Numbered from the stretch's first letter, positions 1 through 9,794 are shown. The stretch is 54,614 nucleotides of DNA from an uncultured Clostridia bacterium (GCA_944390625.1 CALXRH010000088.1:1-54614), one strand, 5' to 3'. Numbers and translations are program-made. The notes: a model not told the origin generated them from the sequence alone.

Positions 1-179
1 TATTTTTCCATTGGAGACTGAAACTTTCGCGAAAGGGTTTGTCCCCAATGAGAAAAAGTGAAAAGATTTAAATATTTATGGAAATCTTACAAAAAACCGA
101 AACTTAAATGAAAAACTTATTGACAAACCAACAAAAATCATATAAAATAAGAAAAAAAAAAAAAGCAAAGAAAAAGAGG

Positions 180-412
180 AGTATATTTGCTACTAGTTAA
201 AGAGAATAGAAGTCCTGGCTGTAAGCTTCTAAAACAATGGCAAATAGAAGGTAGCTTTTGAGCTGATAGATTGAACAAGCAGTAGATATATCCGGTTAAG
301 AACCGTTAAAAACTTAAAATGAGATTATTATTTTAAATAATAAATTAAGGTGGTACCGCGAAAAAAGTCGCCCTTATATGCTTTTGCTAGCATATAAGGG
401 CGACTTTTGAAA
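180..412 (+). promoter_or_regulatory. T-box leader (valine specifier) controlling valS
   Basis: AGAGA motif near 201. Candidate specifier GTA followed by A at 221-224 (Val codon). Canonical T-box sequence AATTAAGGTGGTACCGCG at 343-360. An 18-bp terminator stem (364-381 / 390-407) with a T tract overlaps the 3' half of the T-box. Confidence 0.8.
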
Positions 413-432
413 AAAAAGAAAGGAGAGAGTTT

Positions 433-3096
433 ATGAAAGAAAATCACAAATTACCAGAAAAATATAATCCCCAAGAATTTGAAGAAAAACGATACCAAGA
501 ATGGGAGGAAAAAGGTTATTTCAAACCAAGTATGGATTCTGCCAAACAGCCATACTGTATCATGATGCCACCTCCTAATGTAACAGGAAAATTACACATG
601 GGACATGCTTTAGATGACACCATACAAGATGTTTTAATTCGTTTTAAAAGAATGCAAGGTTATGACTGTCTTTGGCTTCCAGGGACAGACCATTCTGCCA
701 TTTCAACAGAAATGAAAGTAGTTCAAAAATTAAAAGAAGAAGGACTAACCAAGCAAGATTTAGGCAGAGAAAAATTCTTAGAAAGAGCGTGGGAATGGAC
801 AAAGGAATATGGAGGCATTATCCAGAAACAACAACGTAAACTGGGATGTTCCTGTGACTGGGAAAGAAATCGATTTACCCTAGATGAAGCAATGTCTGAT
901 GCCGTACTAGAACAATTTGTAAGTTTATACCAAAAAGGGCTAATCTATAAAGGAACCAGAATGGTAAATTATTGCCCAAGCTGTAAAACAACCATATCAG
1001 ATGCCGAAGTAGAATACAAAGAAGAAGATACAAAATTGTGGCATATTCGCTACAAAATTGTAGGAGAAGATAATCAATATATAGAAGTTGCAACAACCAG
1101 ACCAGAAACCATGTTGGGGGATACTGCTGTTGCGGTTCATCCAGAGGATGAGAGATATCAAAACCTAGTGGGCAAAAAATGTATCCTTCCAATCATGAAC
1201 AAAGAAATACCAATCATTGCAGATGAATATGTAGAAAAAGAGTTTGGAACCGGTTGTGTAAAAATCACGCCAGCTCATGATATGAATGACTATCAAGTAG
1301 GTTTAAGACATAACTTAGAAATAATAGAAGTATTTGACGAAGATTACAAAATGGGTAATTTAGTTCCAGAATTAAAAGGACTAGATTTATTAGAAGCACG
1401 TAAACAAATTGTCAAAAAACTAGAAGAAATAGGAGCACTTGTTGAGACAGAAGACTATACCCATAATGTAGCCAAATGTGAAAGATGTAAAAGCACCATC
1501 GAACCTAAAATTTCCATGCAATGGTTTGTTCATATGAAAGATTTAGCCAAAAGAGCAGCAGATGCGGTAAGAGATGGAAAAACAAAATTTGTTCCAAAAA
1601 GATATGAAAAACAATATTTTAATTGGTTAGACAACATTCAAGATTGGTGTATATCACGTCAACTTTGGTGGGGACATAGAATTCCGGCTTATTATTGTAA
1701 TGATTGTGGAGCAATTACAGTAAGCAAAATACATCCAGAAAAATGTGAAAAATGTGGTTCTAAAAATATTTATCAAGATGAAGATACCTTAGATACATGG
1801 TTTAGTTCCGCTCTATGGCCATTTTCAACACTTGGTTGGCCAAACAAAAATAGCGAAGATTATAAAAGATTTTATCCAACTAGTGTGCTTGTTACTGGAT
1901 TTGATATTATAACCTTTTGGGTATCCAGAATGATGACACAAGGCTTAGAATTTACAGATGAGGTACCATTTAAAGATGTCTTAATACACGGAATTATTCG
2001 TGACAGCCAAGGTAGGAAAATGTCCAAAACACTAGGAAATGGAGTTGACCCTCTAGACGTAATCGAAAAATATGGAGCAGATGCTTTAAGATTTTCCGTC
2101 CTTTCTGGAACCACCATGGGAAATGACATAAAATATATGCCAGAAAAATTAGAGCAAGCCTCCAACTTTGCTAACAAAATTTGGAATGCTGCAAAATTTA
2201 TCATTACCAATATTGCATCCAAAGAAGAAATACTAGAATTTACCAAATCTGCAAAAGATGAACAAACCGGTAAATATAAAGCAGAGGCTCTAAAAATAGA
2301 AGATAGATGGGTATTAAATAAATTAGACAATTTAATAAAAACCGTTACGAAAAACATAGAAGATTATGATTTAGGAATTGCTATCGATAATATTTACGCC
2401 TTTGTTTGGAATGAATTTTGTGACTGGTATATCGAAATGGCAAAAACAAGATTATATAGTGAAAACAAACAAGAAAAAGTACAAGTAAGCTTTGTTTTAA
2501 ATTATGTATTTGGTGATTGTTTAAAATTATTGCATCCATTTATGCCATTTATCACCTCTGAAATATATACTTATCTTGTAAATTATGATGATAAAGAGTT
2601 AATGGTTTCTAACTGGCCAAAAACAAAACAAAGGGTAGATTATGAAAATGATTTCATCGAAGAAATAAAACAGATAATCGTAGAGATACGTAATATAAGA
2701 GCTAAAATGAATGTTCATCCAAGTAAAAAGGTAGAGCTTATTTTTATAACAACCAAATATGAAAAGGAAATAAAAGAAGCACAAGATTTTATCTTAAAAC
2801 TTGGTTTTGGAGAAAAAATTACCATTCAAGCAGATAAAAAAGCAATTTCAGAAAATGCAATTCATATCTTAAGAGATGGAATAGAACTATATATGCCATT
2901 AGAGGGACTAGTCGATTTGGAAGAAGAAGCAAAACGAAAAGAAGAAGAAATCAAAAAAATAGAATTTGAAATTCAAAGAGCAGAAAAAATGTTAAATAAC
3001 CCTGGATTTGTAAAAAAGGCGCCAAAAGAAAAAGTGGATGAAGAAAAGGCAAAACTTGAAAAATATCAAGCTATGCTTTCCAAACTAAAACAATAA
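433..3096 (+). CDS. valS: valine--tRNA ligase
   Basis: 887-aa ORF with a class I HIGH-type motif (PPNVTGKLHMGHAL), KMSKS (GRKMSKTLGN), editing-domain length and the C-terminal coiled coil typical of ValRS. SD AAAGGAGAG lies upstream. Confidence 0.97.
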   Translation: MKENHKLPEKYNPQEFEEKRYQEWEEKGYFKPSMDSAKQPYCIMMPPPNVTGKLHMGHALDDTIQDVLIRFKRMQGYDCLWLPGTDHSAISTEMKVVQKLKEEGLTKQDLGREKFLERAWEWTKEYGGIIQKQQRKLGCSCDWERNRFTLDEAMSDAVLEQFVSLYQKGLIYKGTRMVNYCPSCKTTISDAEVEYKEEDTKLWHIRYKIVGEDNQYIEVATTRPETMLGDTAVAVHPEDERYQNLVGKKCILPIMNKEIPIIADEYVEKEFGTGCVKITPAHDMNDYQVGLRHNLEIIEVFDEDYKMGNLVPELKGLDLLEARKQIVKKLEEIGALVETEDYTHNVAKCERCKSTIEPKISMQWFVHMKDLAKRAADAVRDGKTKFVPKRYEKQYFNWLDNIQDWCISRQLWWGHRIPAYYCNDCGAITVSKIHPEKCEKCGSKNIYQDEDTLDTWFSSALWPFSTLGWPNKNSEDYKRFYPTSVLVTGFDIITFWVSRMMTQGLEFTDEVPFKDVLIHGIIRDSQGRKMSKTLGNGVDPLDVIEKYGADALRFSVLSGTTMGNDIKYMPEKLEQASNFANKIWNAAKFIITNIASKEEILEFTKSAKDEQTGKYKAEALKIEDRWVLNKLDNLIKTVTKNIEDYDLGIAIDNIYAFVWNEFCDWYIEMAKTRLYSENKQEKVQVSFVLNYVFGDCLKLLHPFMPFITSEIYTYLVNYDDKELMVSNWPKTKQRVDYENDFIEEIKQIIVEIRNIRAKMNVHPSKKVELIFITTKYEKEIKEAQDFILKLGFGEKITIQADKKAISENAIHILRDGIELYMPLEGLVDLEEEAKRKEEEIKKIEFEIQRAEKMLNNPGFVKKAPKEKVDEEKAKLEKYQAMLSKLKQ

Positions 3097-3197
3097 AACT
3101 ATATTTTTTTGACTGCGTCCCCAAAAATATATTGAAATTTTTTAGGTTTTAAAGTAAAATAAAAAATAGAAAAAATAGAAATATAAGAGAGGTTTTT

Positions 3198-5591
3198 ATG
3201 AGAAGAAAAACAAGAACAAAAGTAAAAAAAGCATTGAAGATTTCTGGCATAATTTTAGGAATTATTCTAATCATAGTAGCCATTGTTTTTATCATAAAAT
3301 TGAATCAGAAACAAGAAATATCTTATGATGATGGAATAGTTGGCAAAAATTATTTTACAGAAATCACAATCGATTTAAACACCAAGGAAGTTAAAAGAGA
3401 TGGAATAGAAACAACTTTACAAGAAGAGTTTGGCATTTCAGAAGAACAAGAGACACTAGGTTTTAGTTCAGAAGAAGAAATGAAAAAATTGTTATCCAAT
3501 TCCGTTTTTGATATAGCAGTTGATAAGCAAGTATTTACGATAAAAAATCCGTTTCAAACAAAAACAATCATTGTAGAGGCTGATGAAATAAAAGAGCAAG
3601 TACAAGGAGCAGAAACGATCGAAATTGCAGAAGGATTATATGTACTTAGCTTTTACTCAGAAAAACTAACCAAAGCAATGTATAATTATTACAAAGAACA
3701 AGAATATATCCATCAAGTTTTTTATGATGATGTCTTTATGGATGAGCCTCTTAATGATATCTCTCAAACCATGTATGGAGAAGTTCAAGTCGATTTAAAT
3801 AATCATCATTCTTTAGGGGTAACTACAATGAAATTAGATAATTACGCCAATATCATTCATGAAAATGGAAACCCGGCAGATATTGTAATTGCTACCATTG
3901 GATATGGAGTAGATTTTGAAAATGAATTTTTCCATGAAAGAATCGATGAAAATTATTATAATTTTATCTTAAATAACCAAGATATAACCGAAACCATTGC
4001 CCAGGGAAGCAGAATAGCAGAAGTGTTGGTAGATTCTACCACATCCAATGTAAAAATTATGCCATTGGTTACAGTAACAGAAGAAGGGTATACCTCAATA
4101 GCTAGCATCATAAAAGCAATTGCTTATGCAGTTGAACACGCAGATGTAGTTTGTTATGAATTAATTAACAAACAGCATGAAGCAATTGACAAAGTTTTAG
4201 AAAGAGCATTTCAAGAAAATGTACCAGTATGTGCCGTTACATCGAGTAGCGAAGAAAACTATCCAGCAAATCACGGCATGACAATAGCAACCTCATCAAT
4301 TGGTAGAGATTTAAATGTTACAGATTATTCAGCAACAGGAGATTATATCGATTTTGTAGCACCAAGTACGGATGTAGAAGAAATTTTTAAAATGACAGGG
4401 TCAACTGTTTCAAGATGGTCTGGACCAGGATATTCCAATGCACAAATAGCAGCATCCATAGCACTTATCAAAACCTATGATAAAAATGCAACCATTTTAG
4501 ATATCTATAATTTTTTAAGAAATTTTTGCATAGATTTAGGAGAAGAAGGAAAAGATGAACTTTATGGTTATGGCTATCCCAATTTTGAAAATCTAACCAT
4601 TGCCGATATTGACAAACGAGCACCTGAATTTAAAGAATTAACCTATGACAACGAAACATGGGAAGTGCTAAAACAAATCAAAATTATAGCAGAAGATAAT
4701 ATTAGAATCAATGCTTGGGCAATTACAAAAGATGAGAACGGACCTCGTGATAATGAATGGCAAATTTTACAATCTGTTACGCCTAATTTAGATGTAACTT
4801 CAGAAATCACAGAAAATGGAACCTACTATGTTTGGATACAAGATACAGCAGGCAATACCTCTACACAAGTAGTTGAGATAAACAAAATTGATACAACACC
4901 ACCACAAATAGCTTATACCATCAATCAAGACAATTTATCAGCAGGCTATGTAACCATAAATGTTACCGCGCAAGATGCAGATTCTGGTTTGTATGGTAGT
5001 CCATTTAGCTGGGATAAAAATACTTGGTCACAAGAAAATAGCACAAGAACCGTAAAACAAAACGGAAGATATAAAGTCTATGCAGTAGACAATTTAGGAA
5101 ATATTGGAGAATTAGAAATATTAGTAGATTGTTTCCCTCAAATAGGAACATATCAGCTAGGAGAAGGAAATATTATAACAGATATGACAGTTTCAGCAGA
5201 CTGGAATGGAAATACAAACAACCACGTACAAATTACTTTAAATAAAGATCTAGATATAACTGCTTGGCAAATAACAACTTCTATTTATGCTCCAAATGAT
5301 TTTGTAGAAGTAGAACCAAATGTCGTACCAGACAATAATAATAACAATAACAACAATACAACTAATACAATCAATACAAGTTTACCAAATAATGTTATCT
5401 GGGATAATACAGTACAGACCAATACAGAAGTATCGAATGAAGAACAAAATACACAGGCTGTAGTACCAAGAACAGAGCCGATTGTGTTAACTACTTCCTT
5501 AGATATCAATACAACCTATTATTTTTGGATAAAAGATAGTAATGGTAATACTTCTTATCAAACGTTTACAATAGCAAAAGCAAAAATATAA
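3198..5591 (+). CDS. membrane-anchored surface protein: subtilase (S8)-like domain without catalytic triad plus three C-terminal beta-sandwich-like repeats
   Basis: N-terminal TM helix (ISGIILGIILIIVAIVFII). Subtilase-like blocks IATIGYGVD, QGSRIAEVLV and SGPGYSNAQIAASIALI align to the Asp, His and Ser motifs but carry G, Q and G at the catalytic positions. Three modules end in YYVWIQDTAGNTS, YKVYAVDNLGNIG and YYFWIKDSNGNTS. There is also a poly-Asn linker. Confidence 0.6.
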   Translation: MRRKTRTKVKKALKISGIILGIILIIVAIVFIIKLNQKQEISYDDGIVGKNYFTEITIDLNTKEVKRDGIETTLQEEFGISEEQETLGFSSEEEMKKLLSNSVFDIAVDKQVFTIKNPFQTKTIIVEADEIKEQVQGAETIEIAEGLYVLSFYSEKLTKAMYNYYKEQEYIHQVFYDDVFMDEPLNDISQTMYGEVQVDLNNHHSLGVTTMKLDNYANIIHENGNPADIVIATIGYGVDFENEFFHERIDENYYNFILNNQDITETIAQGSRIAEVLVDSTTSNVKIMPLVTVTEEGYTSIASIIKAIAYAVEHADVVCYELINKQHEAIDKVLERAFQENVPVCAVTSSSEENYPANHGMTIATSSIGRDLNVTDYSATGDYIDFVAPSTDVEEIFKMTGSTVSRWSGPGYSNAQIAASIALIKTYDKNATILDIYNFLRNFCIDLGEEGKDELYGYGYPNFENLTIADIDKRAPEFKELTYDNETWEVLKQIKIIAEDNIRINAWAITKDENGPRDNEWQILQSVTPNLDVTSEITENGTYYVWIQDTAGNTSTQVVEINKIDTTPPQIAYTINQDNLSAGYVTINVTAQDADSGLYGSPFSWDKNTWSQENSTRTVKQNGRYKVYAVDNLGNIGELEILVDCFPQIGTYQLGEGNIITDMTVSADWNGNTNNHVQITLNKDLDITAWQITTSIYAPNDFVEVEPNVVPDNNNNNNNNTTNTINTSLPNNVIWDNTVQTNTEVSNEEQNTQAVVPRTEPIVLTTSLDINTTYYFWIKDSNGNTSYQTFTIAKAKI

Positions 5592-5636
5592 AGCAAAAAA
5601 TTTACTACAAACAATAAAATAAAGGGAGGATTTAAA

Positions 5637-6635
5637 ATGTCATTTATAGAAGATATAAAAAATCGAGCAAAACAGAATATAAAAACAATTATCTTACCAG
5701 AGGCGGAAGATAAAAGGGTATTAGAGGCTGCCAGTAAAGTTGTTTTACAAGGATTTGCGAAGATTATTATTTTAGGTGATGAAAAAAAGATAGCCCAAGA
5801 TTGTAAAAACTATCATATAACGCTAAATGGAGTTAAAATAATTAATCCATTAACTTCCGAAAAAAGAGAAGAATACACAAAAAAATTATATGAATTAAGA
5901 AAAAATAAAGGAATGACAGAACAAGAAGCGGAAAAACTTTTAAAAGAACCAATCTATTTTGGAATGATGATGTTAAAAGACGAGAAGTCAGAGGCAGATG
6001 GTCTAGTATCTGGTGCAATCCATTCAACAGCAGATACGTTAAGACCAGCGCTTCAAATCTTAAAAACAAAACCAGGAACAAAACTAGTTTCTGCCTTCTT
6101 TGTGATGTGTGTTCCAAATTGTGAGTATGGAGAAAGCGGAACATTTATATTTGGAGATAGTGGTTTAAATCAAAATCCAACAGCAGAGGAACTTTCGGAA
6201 ATTGCCATATCTTCAGCCAAAAGCTTTGAGCAATTAGTTCAAAAAGAACCAAAAGTAGCTATGTTATCCTATTCTACTTATGGAAGTGCCAAATCAGAAC
6301 TTACCGAAAAAGTAATTCAAGCAACCAAACTTGTAAAAGAAAAAAATCAACAACTATTAGTAGATGGAGAATTGCAAGTCGATAGTGCCATTGTTCCAGA
6401 AATTGCTGCATCCAAAGCACCTGGAAGTGAATTAAAAGGAAAAGCAAATGTTCTAATATTTCCTGATTTAAATGCAGGAAATATAGGATACAAATTAGTA
6501 CAAAGGCTAGCAAAAGCAGAAGCATATGGACCACTTTGCCAAGGAATTGCCAAACCTGTTAATGACTTATCACGTGGATGTTCTGCAGATGACATAGTAG
6601 GAGTTGTTGCGATAACCGCTGTTCAAGCTCAATAG
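5637..6635 (+). CDS. pta: phosphate acetyltransferase (short form)
   Basis: 332-aa ORF with typical Pta blocks (ILPEAEDKRVLEA, GLVSGAIHSTADTLRPALQI, FPDLNAGNIGYK) and SD GGGAGGA. It is followed by acetate kinase genes. Confidence 0.93.
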   Translation: MSFIEDIKNRAKQNIKTIILPEAEDKRVLEAASKVVLQGFAKIIILGDEKKIAQDCKNYHITLNGVKIINPLTSEKREEYTKKLYELRKNKGMTEQEAEKLLKEPIYFGMMMLKDEKSEADGLVSGAIHSTADTLRPALQILKTKPGTKLVSAFFVMCVPNCEYGESGTFIFGDSGLNQNPTAEELSEIAISSAKSFEQLVQKEPKVAMLSYSTYGSAKSELTEKVIQATKLVKEKNQQLLVDGELQVDSAIVPEIAASKAPGSELKGKANVLIFPDLNAGNIGYKLVQRLAKAEAYGPLCQGIAKPVNDLSRGCSADDIVGVVAITAVQAQ

Positions 6636-6698
6636 GGAACTGTTGGGACCATTGGGACCGGGTCTTTTTGGTTCCCAACAGACAGAAAGGGGTGTTTT

Positions 6699-7946
6699 AT
6701 GAAAATTTTAGTAGTGAATTCAGGAAGTTCGTCATTAAAATATCAAGTAATTGATATGCAAACCAATGAAATGTTAGTAAAGGGGAATTATGAAAGAATC
6801 GGGCAAGCTAATTCTTTTTTAACCCATAAAGTTCGAGGTATAAAACATAAATTTGAACATGAAGTTAAAAATCACGAGGAAGCAATCCAATTTATTTTAG
6901 CAAGAATATTAAATCGACATTATGGTGTTATGGAAAGTTTAGATGAATTAGCAGGAATTGGCCATAGGGTTGTTCATGGGGGAGAAAAATTTACTTCTTC
7001 AGTACTTATTACAGAAGAAGTGATAAAAGAAATTGAAAAATGTTCTGATTTAGCACCACTTCATAATCCAAGCGCAGTGGCTGGCATAAGAGCTTGTAGA
7101 AAAATTGTACCACAAATGAAGATGGTTGCTGTATTTGATACCTCTTTTCACCAAACGATCTCAAAAGAAAAATATATTTACCCAATTCCCTATGAATATT
7201 ATGAAAAATATGGAATTCGAAAATATGGGTTTCATGGAATTTCTCACCAGTATGTAAGCCAAAGAGTGGCAGAACTTATGAAACAGGATATAAAAGATTT
7301 AAAAATCATCAGTTGTCATTTAGGGCAAGGAGCCAGTCTTTGTGCGATTAAAGATGGAAAATCGGTCGAAACTACCATGGGGCTGACTCCACTTGGTGGA
7401 ATTCCAATGGGTTCAAGAAGTGGGGATTTAGATCCATCTGTTGTTACCTATTTAATCAAAAAATCTGAAAAACCAACGGTAGGAGTAAGAGAACTTACCA
7501 AAACAGATCACAAAGAGCTTTCACCAGATGAAATAGAAGAAATTTTAAATAAAAAATCTGGGGTATATGGAATTTCAAGAATATCTTTGGATTTTAGGGA
7601 TATTGAGCTAGATGCTTTATCTGGTGGGCATCATGCCAAATTAGCTTTAGAAGTATTTGACTATCGAGTTGCTCAGGAAATTGCTAAAATGGCAGTTGCC
7701 ATGGGAGGTGTTGATGTTATAACATTTGAGGCAGGAGTTGGCGAAAAAGGAGATTTAGATAGAAAACATATTTGTGAATATTTAGGCATTTTAGGTGTAA
7801 AACTTGATGAAGAAAAAAACCATGAAGCAAAAGGAGAAGAAAAGGAAATATCGAATTCTCATTCAAAAGTAAAAGTATGGGTTATTCCAACAAATGAAGA
7901 ATTAATGATTGCAAAAGAAACCTATGCATTAATTGAAAAAAGGTAA
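6699..7946 (+). CDS. ackA: acetate kinase paralog 1 (divergent, with an insertion)
   Basis: Motifs NSGSSSLKY, HRVVHGG, APLHNP, FDTSFHQT, GFHGISH and IPTNEELMIA. Relative to the downstream copy it has about 19 extra residues (SEKPTVGVRELTKTDHKELS) and FEAGVGEKG in place of FTGGVGEN. Confidence 0.85.
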   Translation: MKILVVNSGSSSLKYQVIDMQTNEMLVKGNYERIGQANSFLTHKVRGIKHKFEHEVKNHEEAIQFILARILNRHYGVMESLDELAGIGHRVVHGGEKFTSSVLITEEVIKEIEKCSDLAPLHNPSAVAGIRACRKIVPQMKMVAVFDTSFHQTISKEKYIYPIPYEYYEKYGIRKYGFHGISHQYVSQRVAELMKQDIKDLKIISCHLGQGASLCAIKDGKSVETTMGLTPLGGIPMGSRSGDLDPSVVTYLIKKSEKPTVGVRELTKTDHKELSPDEIEEILNKKSGVYGISRISLDFRDIELDALSGGHHAKLALEVFDYRVAQEIAKMAVAMGGVDVITFEAGVGEKGDLDRKHICEYLGILGVKLDEEKNHEAKGEEKEISNSHSKVKVWVIPTNEELMIAKETYALIEKR

Positions 7947-8027
7947 AATTTTTTGTTTGATTAAAAAATATATATAAAATTAAAATCGGAAAAGAGAAAA
8001 GTTACTTTTCCAAAGAAAGGATAAGAA

Positions 8028-9218
8028 ATGAAAATATTAGTATTAAATTGTGGTAGTTCATCATTAAAATATCAATTAATTAATATGGAAACAGAAGAAG
8101 TTTTAGCTTCTGGAAAATATGAAAGAATAGGAGAAAAAGAAGCCTTTATTACCCACAAAGCTTGTGGTAAAAAAATAAAAATAGAACATACTGCTTTAAA
8201 CCACACAGAAGCGATTGATTTTACATTACAACAATTAACCAATCCAGAATATAAAGTAATTGATAATTTAGAAGAAGTAACAGCAATTGGACATAGACTT
8301 GTTCATGGAGGAGAAAAAATAAGTGAATCCTGTATCATCGACGATCAAGTAATAGAAGTCTTAAAAGAATGTACAGACCTAGCACCTCTTCATAATCCGG
8401 CAGGAATTATGGGAATCGAAGCTTGTCAAAAAGTTATGCCAGGAAAACCAATGGTAGGAGTATTTGATACAGCATTCCACCAAACTATGCCAAAAGAACA
8501 CTATATTTACCCAATTCCATATGAATTTTATAAAAAATATGGTATTCGAAAATACGGTTTCCATGGAACTTCTCATATGTATGTTTCTTCTAGACTTGCT
8601 AAGATAGAAGGAAAAGATATAAAAGATTTAAAAATTGTAACTTGTCACTTAGGGCAAGGTTCTAGTATTTGCGCAGTAGATGGTGGAAAATCCATTGATA
8701 CTTCTATGGGATTAACGCCACTTGGTGGAATTCCAATGGTTACCAGAAGTGGGGATTTAGACCCATCAGTTGTTACCTTTTTAATGAAAAAAGAAAATTT
8801 ATCAGCAGATGAAGTAGAAAATATTTTAAATAAAAAATCTGGTGTGCAAGGAATATCTGGTTTAGCACCAGACTTTAGAGAAATAGAAGCAGCATCTTAT
8901 GGGCAAAGTGAAAGAGCAGAAATTGCTATAAAAAGCTTTACTTATACAATTGCTAGCTATATAGCAAAATATGCCGTAGCTATGAAGGGAATGGATGCCA
9001 TTGTATTTACAGGAGGCGTTGGAGAAAACCAAATTAACATCCGTAAAATGATTTGCGAGCAACTTGAATTTATGGGGGTATATATGGATGTAGAAGCTAA
9101 TCATGTAAGAGGAGAAGAAAAATTAGTTTCTAGACCAGATTCGAAAGTTAGAATTTATGTTATACCAACTAATGAGGAATTAATGATTGCTAAAGAAACT
9201 AAAAAGTTAGTACAATAA
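8028..9218 (+). CDS. ackA: acetate kinase paralog 2 (canonical)
   Basis: 396 aa with NCGSSSLKY, HRLVHGG, APLHNP, FDTAFHQT, GFHGTSH, FTGGVGEN and IPTNEELMIA. Confidence 0.93.
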   Translation: MKILVLNCGSSSLKYQLINMETEEVLASGKYERIGEKEAFITHKACGKKIKIEHTALNHTEAIDFTLQQLTNPEYKVIDNLEEVTAIGHRLVHGGEKISESCIIDDQVIEVLKECTDLAPLHNPAGIMGIEACQKVMPGKPMVGVFDTAFHQTMPKEHYIYPIPYEFYKKYGIRKYGFHGTSHMYVSSRLAKIEGKDIKDLKIVTCHLGQGSSICAVDGGKSIDTSMGLTPLGGIPMVTRSGDLDPSVVTFLMKKENLSADEVENILNKKSGVQGISGLAPDFREIEAASYGQSERAEIAIKSFTYTIASYIAKYAVAMKGMDAIVFTGGVGENQINIRKMICEQLEFMGVYMDVEANHVRGEEKLVSRPDSKVRIYVIPTNEELMIAKETKKLVQ

Positions 9219-9233
9219 TTTTTAAAAATATTT

Positions 9234-9277
9234 AAACACTAGTATAAAATTTTAAAAAATTAATACTAGTGTTTTTT
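9234..9277 (+). terminator. intrinsic terminator after ackA paralog 2
   Basis: 12-bp stem AAACACTAGTAT / ATACTAGTGTTT followed by a T run. Confidence 0.8.
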
Positions 9278-9290
9278 AGGGTTCCTATTT

Positions 9291-9358
9291 TTTTTGAAAA
9301 ACAGATGTCAATGATTTTTGAAAAACAGATTGACTTTTTTTAAAATAACGATTATAAT
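9291..9358 (+). promoter_or_regulatory. sigma-A type promoter with two 16-nt direct repeats
   Basis: TTGACT (9330-9335), a 17-nt spacer, then TATAAT (9353-9358). TTTTTGAAAAACAGAT occurs twice (9291-9306 and 9315-9330), and the second copy abuts the -35 box. Confidence 0.6.
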
Positions 9359-9437
9359 TAAAAACATATTTATGATTATTTTCTTTATAAACATTTATTC
9401 AAAAATTTATTTCAAAAAAAGAGAGAGGTGAGATTCT

Positions 9438-9794
9438 ATGACTACTAAATTCGAAGAAATTATCTTAGAAGAAATTTTTAAATTATCTAGCAAAATCGAT
9501 AAGATACAAGATGAAATGAAAGGAATGGCAACAAAAGAAGATATTAAAAATATGGCGACCAAAGATGATATCAAAAACATGGCGACCAAAGATGACTTAA
9601 AAGCATTAGAAATAAGATTAGAAAAGAGAATGGATAAAAAATTCGAACAACAAACCAAAGACTTTATCGAAATGTTTGATGACAGTTTTAAATTAAATGC
9701 AAAATATAGACAAGAAATGAAAGAACAAATTACCAAAGAAACAGACCAAAAAATCGAGAGACTAAGAGAAGAACTTTTATGTAAAAGAGCTTAA
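9438..9794 (+). CDS. small coiled-coil protein with MATK(E/D)DIKN repeats
   Basis: 118-aa ORF with SD GAGAGAGGTGAG upstream. Charged heptad-like sequence. No family recognised. Confidence 0.6.
   Translation: MTTKFEEIILEEIFKLSSKIDKIQDEMKGMATKEDIKNMATKDDIKNMATKDDLKALEIRLEKRMDKKFEQQTKDFIEMFDDSFKLNAKYRQEMKEQITKETDQKIERLREELLCKRA
9525..9605 (+). repeat. 3 x 27-bp in-frame tandem repeat
   Basis: The units ATGGCAACAAAAGAAGATATTAAAAAT, ATGGCGACCAAAGATGATATCAAAAAC and ATGGCGACCAAAGATGACTTAAAAGCA encode MATKEDIKN, MATKDDIKN and MATKDDLKA. Confidence 0.9.

Noticed and set aside
152-164. A13 tract in the valS leader, and the T16 tract at 24489-24504, considered as contingency loci.
   Set aside because: Both are non-coding (a promoter-proximal leader and a terminator T tract). 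They are common low-complexity features of AT-rich genomes, although T16 length errors could affect assemblies.
5330-5362. AAT/AAC-rich stretch encoding N8, considered as a phase-variable simple sequence repeat.
   Set aside because: The codons are mixed (AAT AAT AAT AAC AAT AAC AAC AAT), so the DNA is not a perfect repeat tract and any slippage would stay in frame.
6636-6698. Hairpin CTGTTGGGACC...GGTTCCCAACAG between pta and ackA.
   Set aside because: There is no T tract after the stem and it abuts the ackA SD. It is probably an intercistronic stability or processing element, and there is not enough evidence to call it regulatory.
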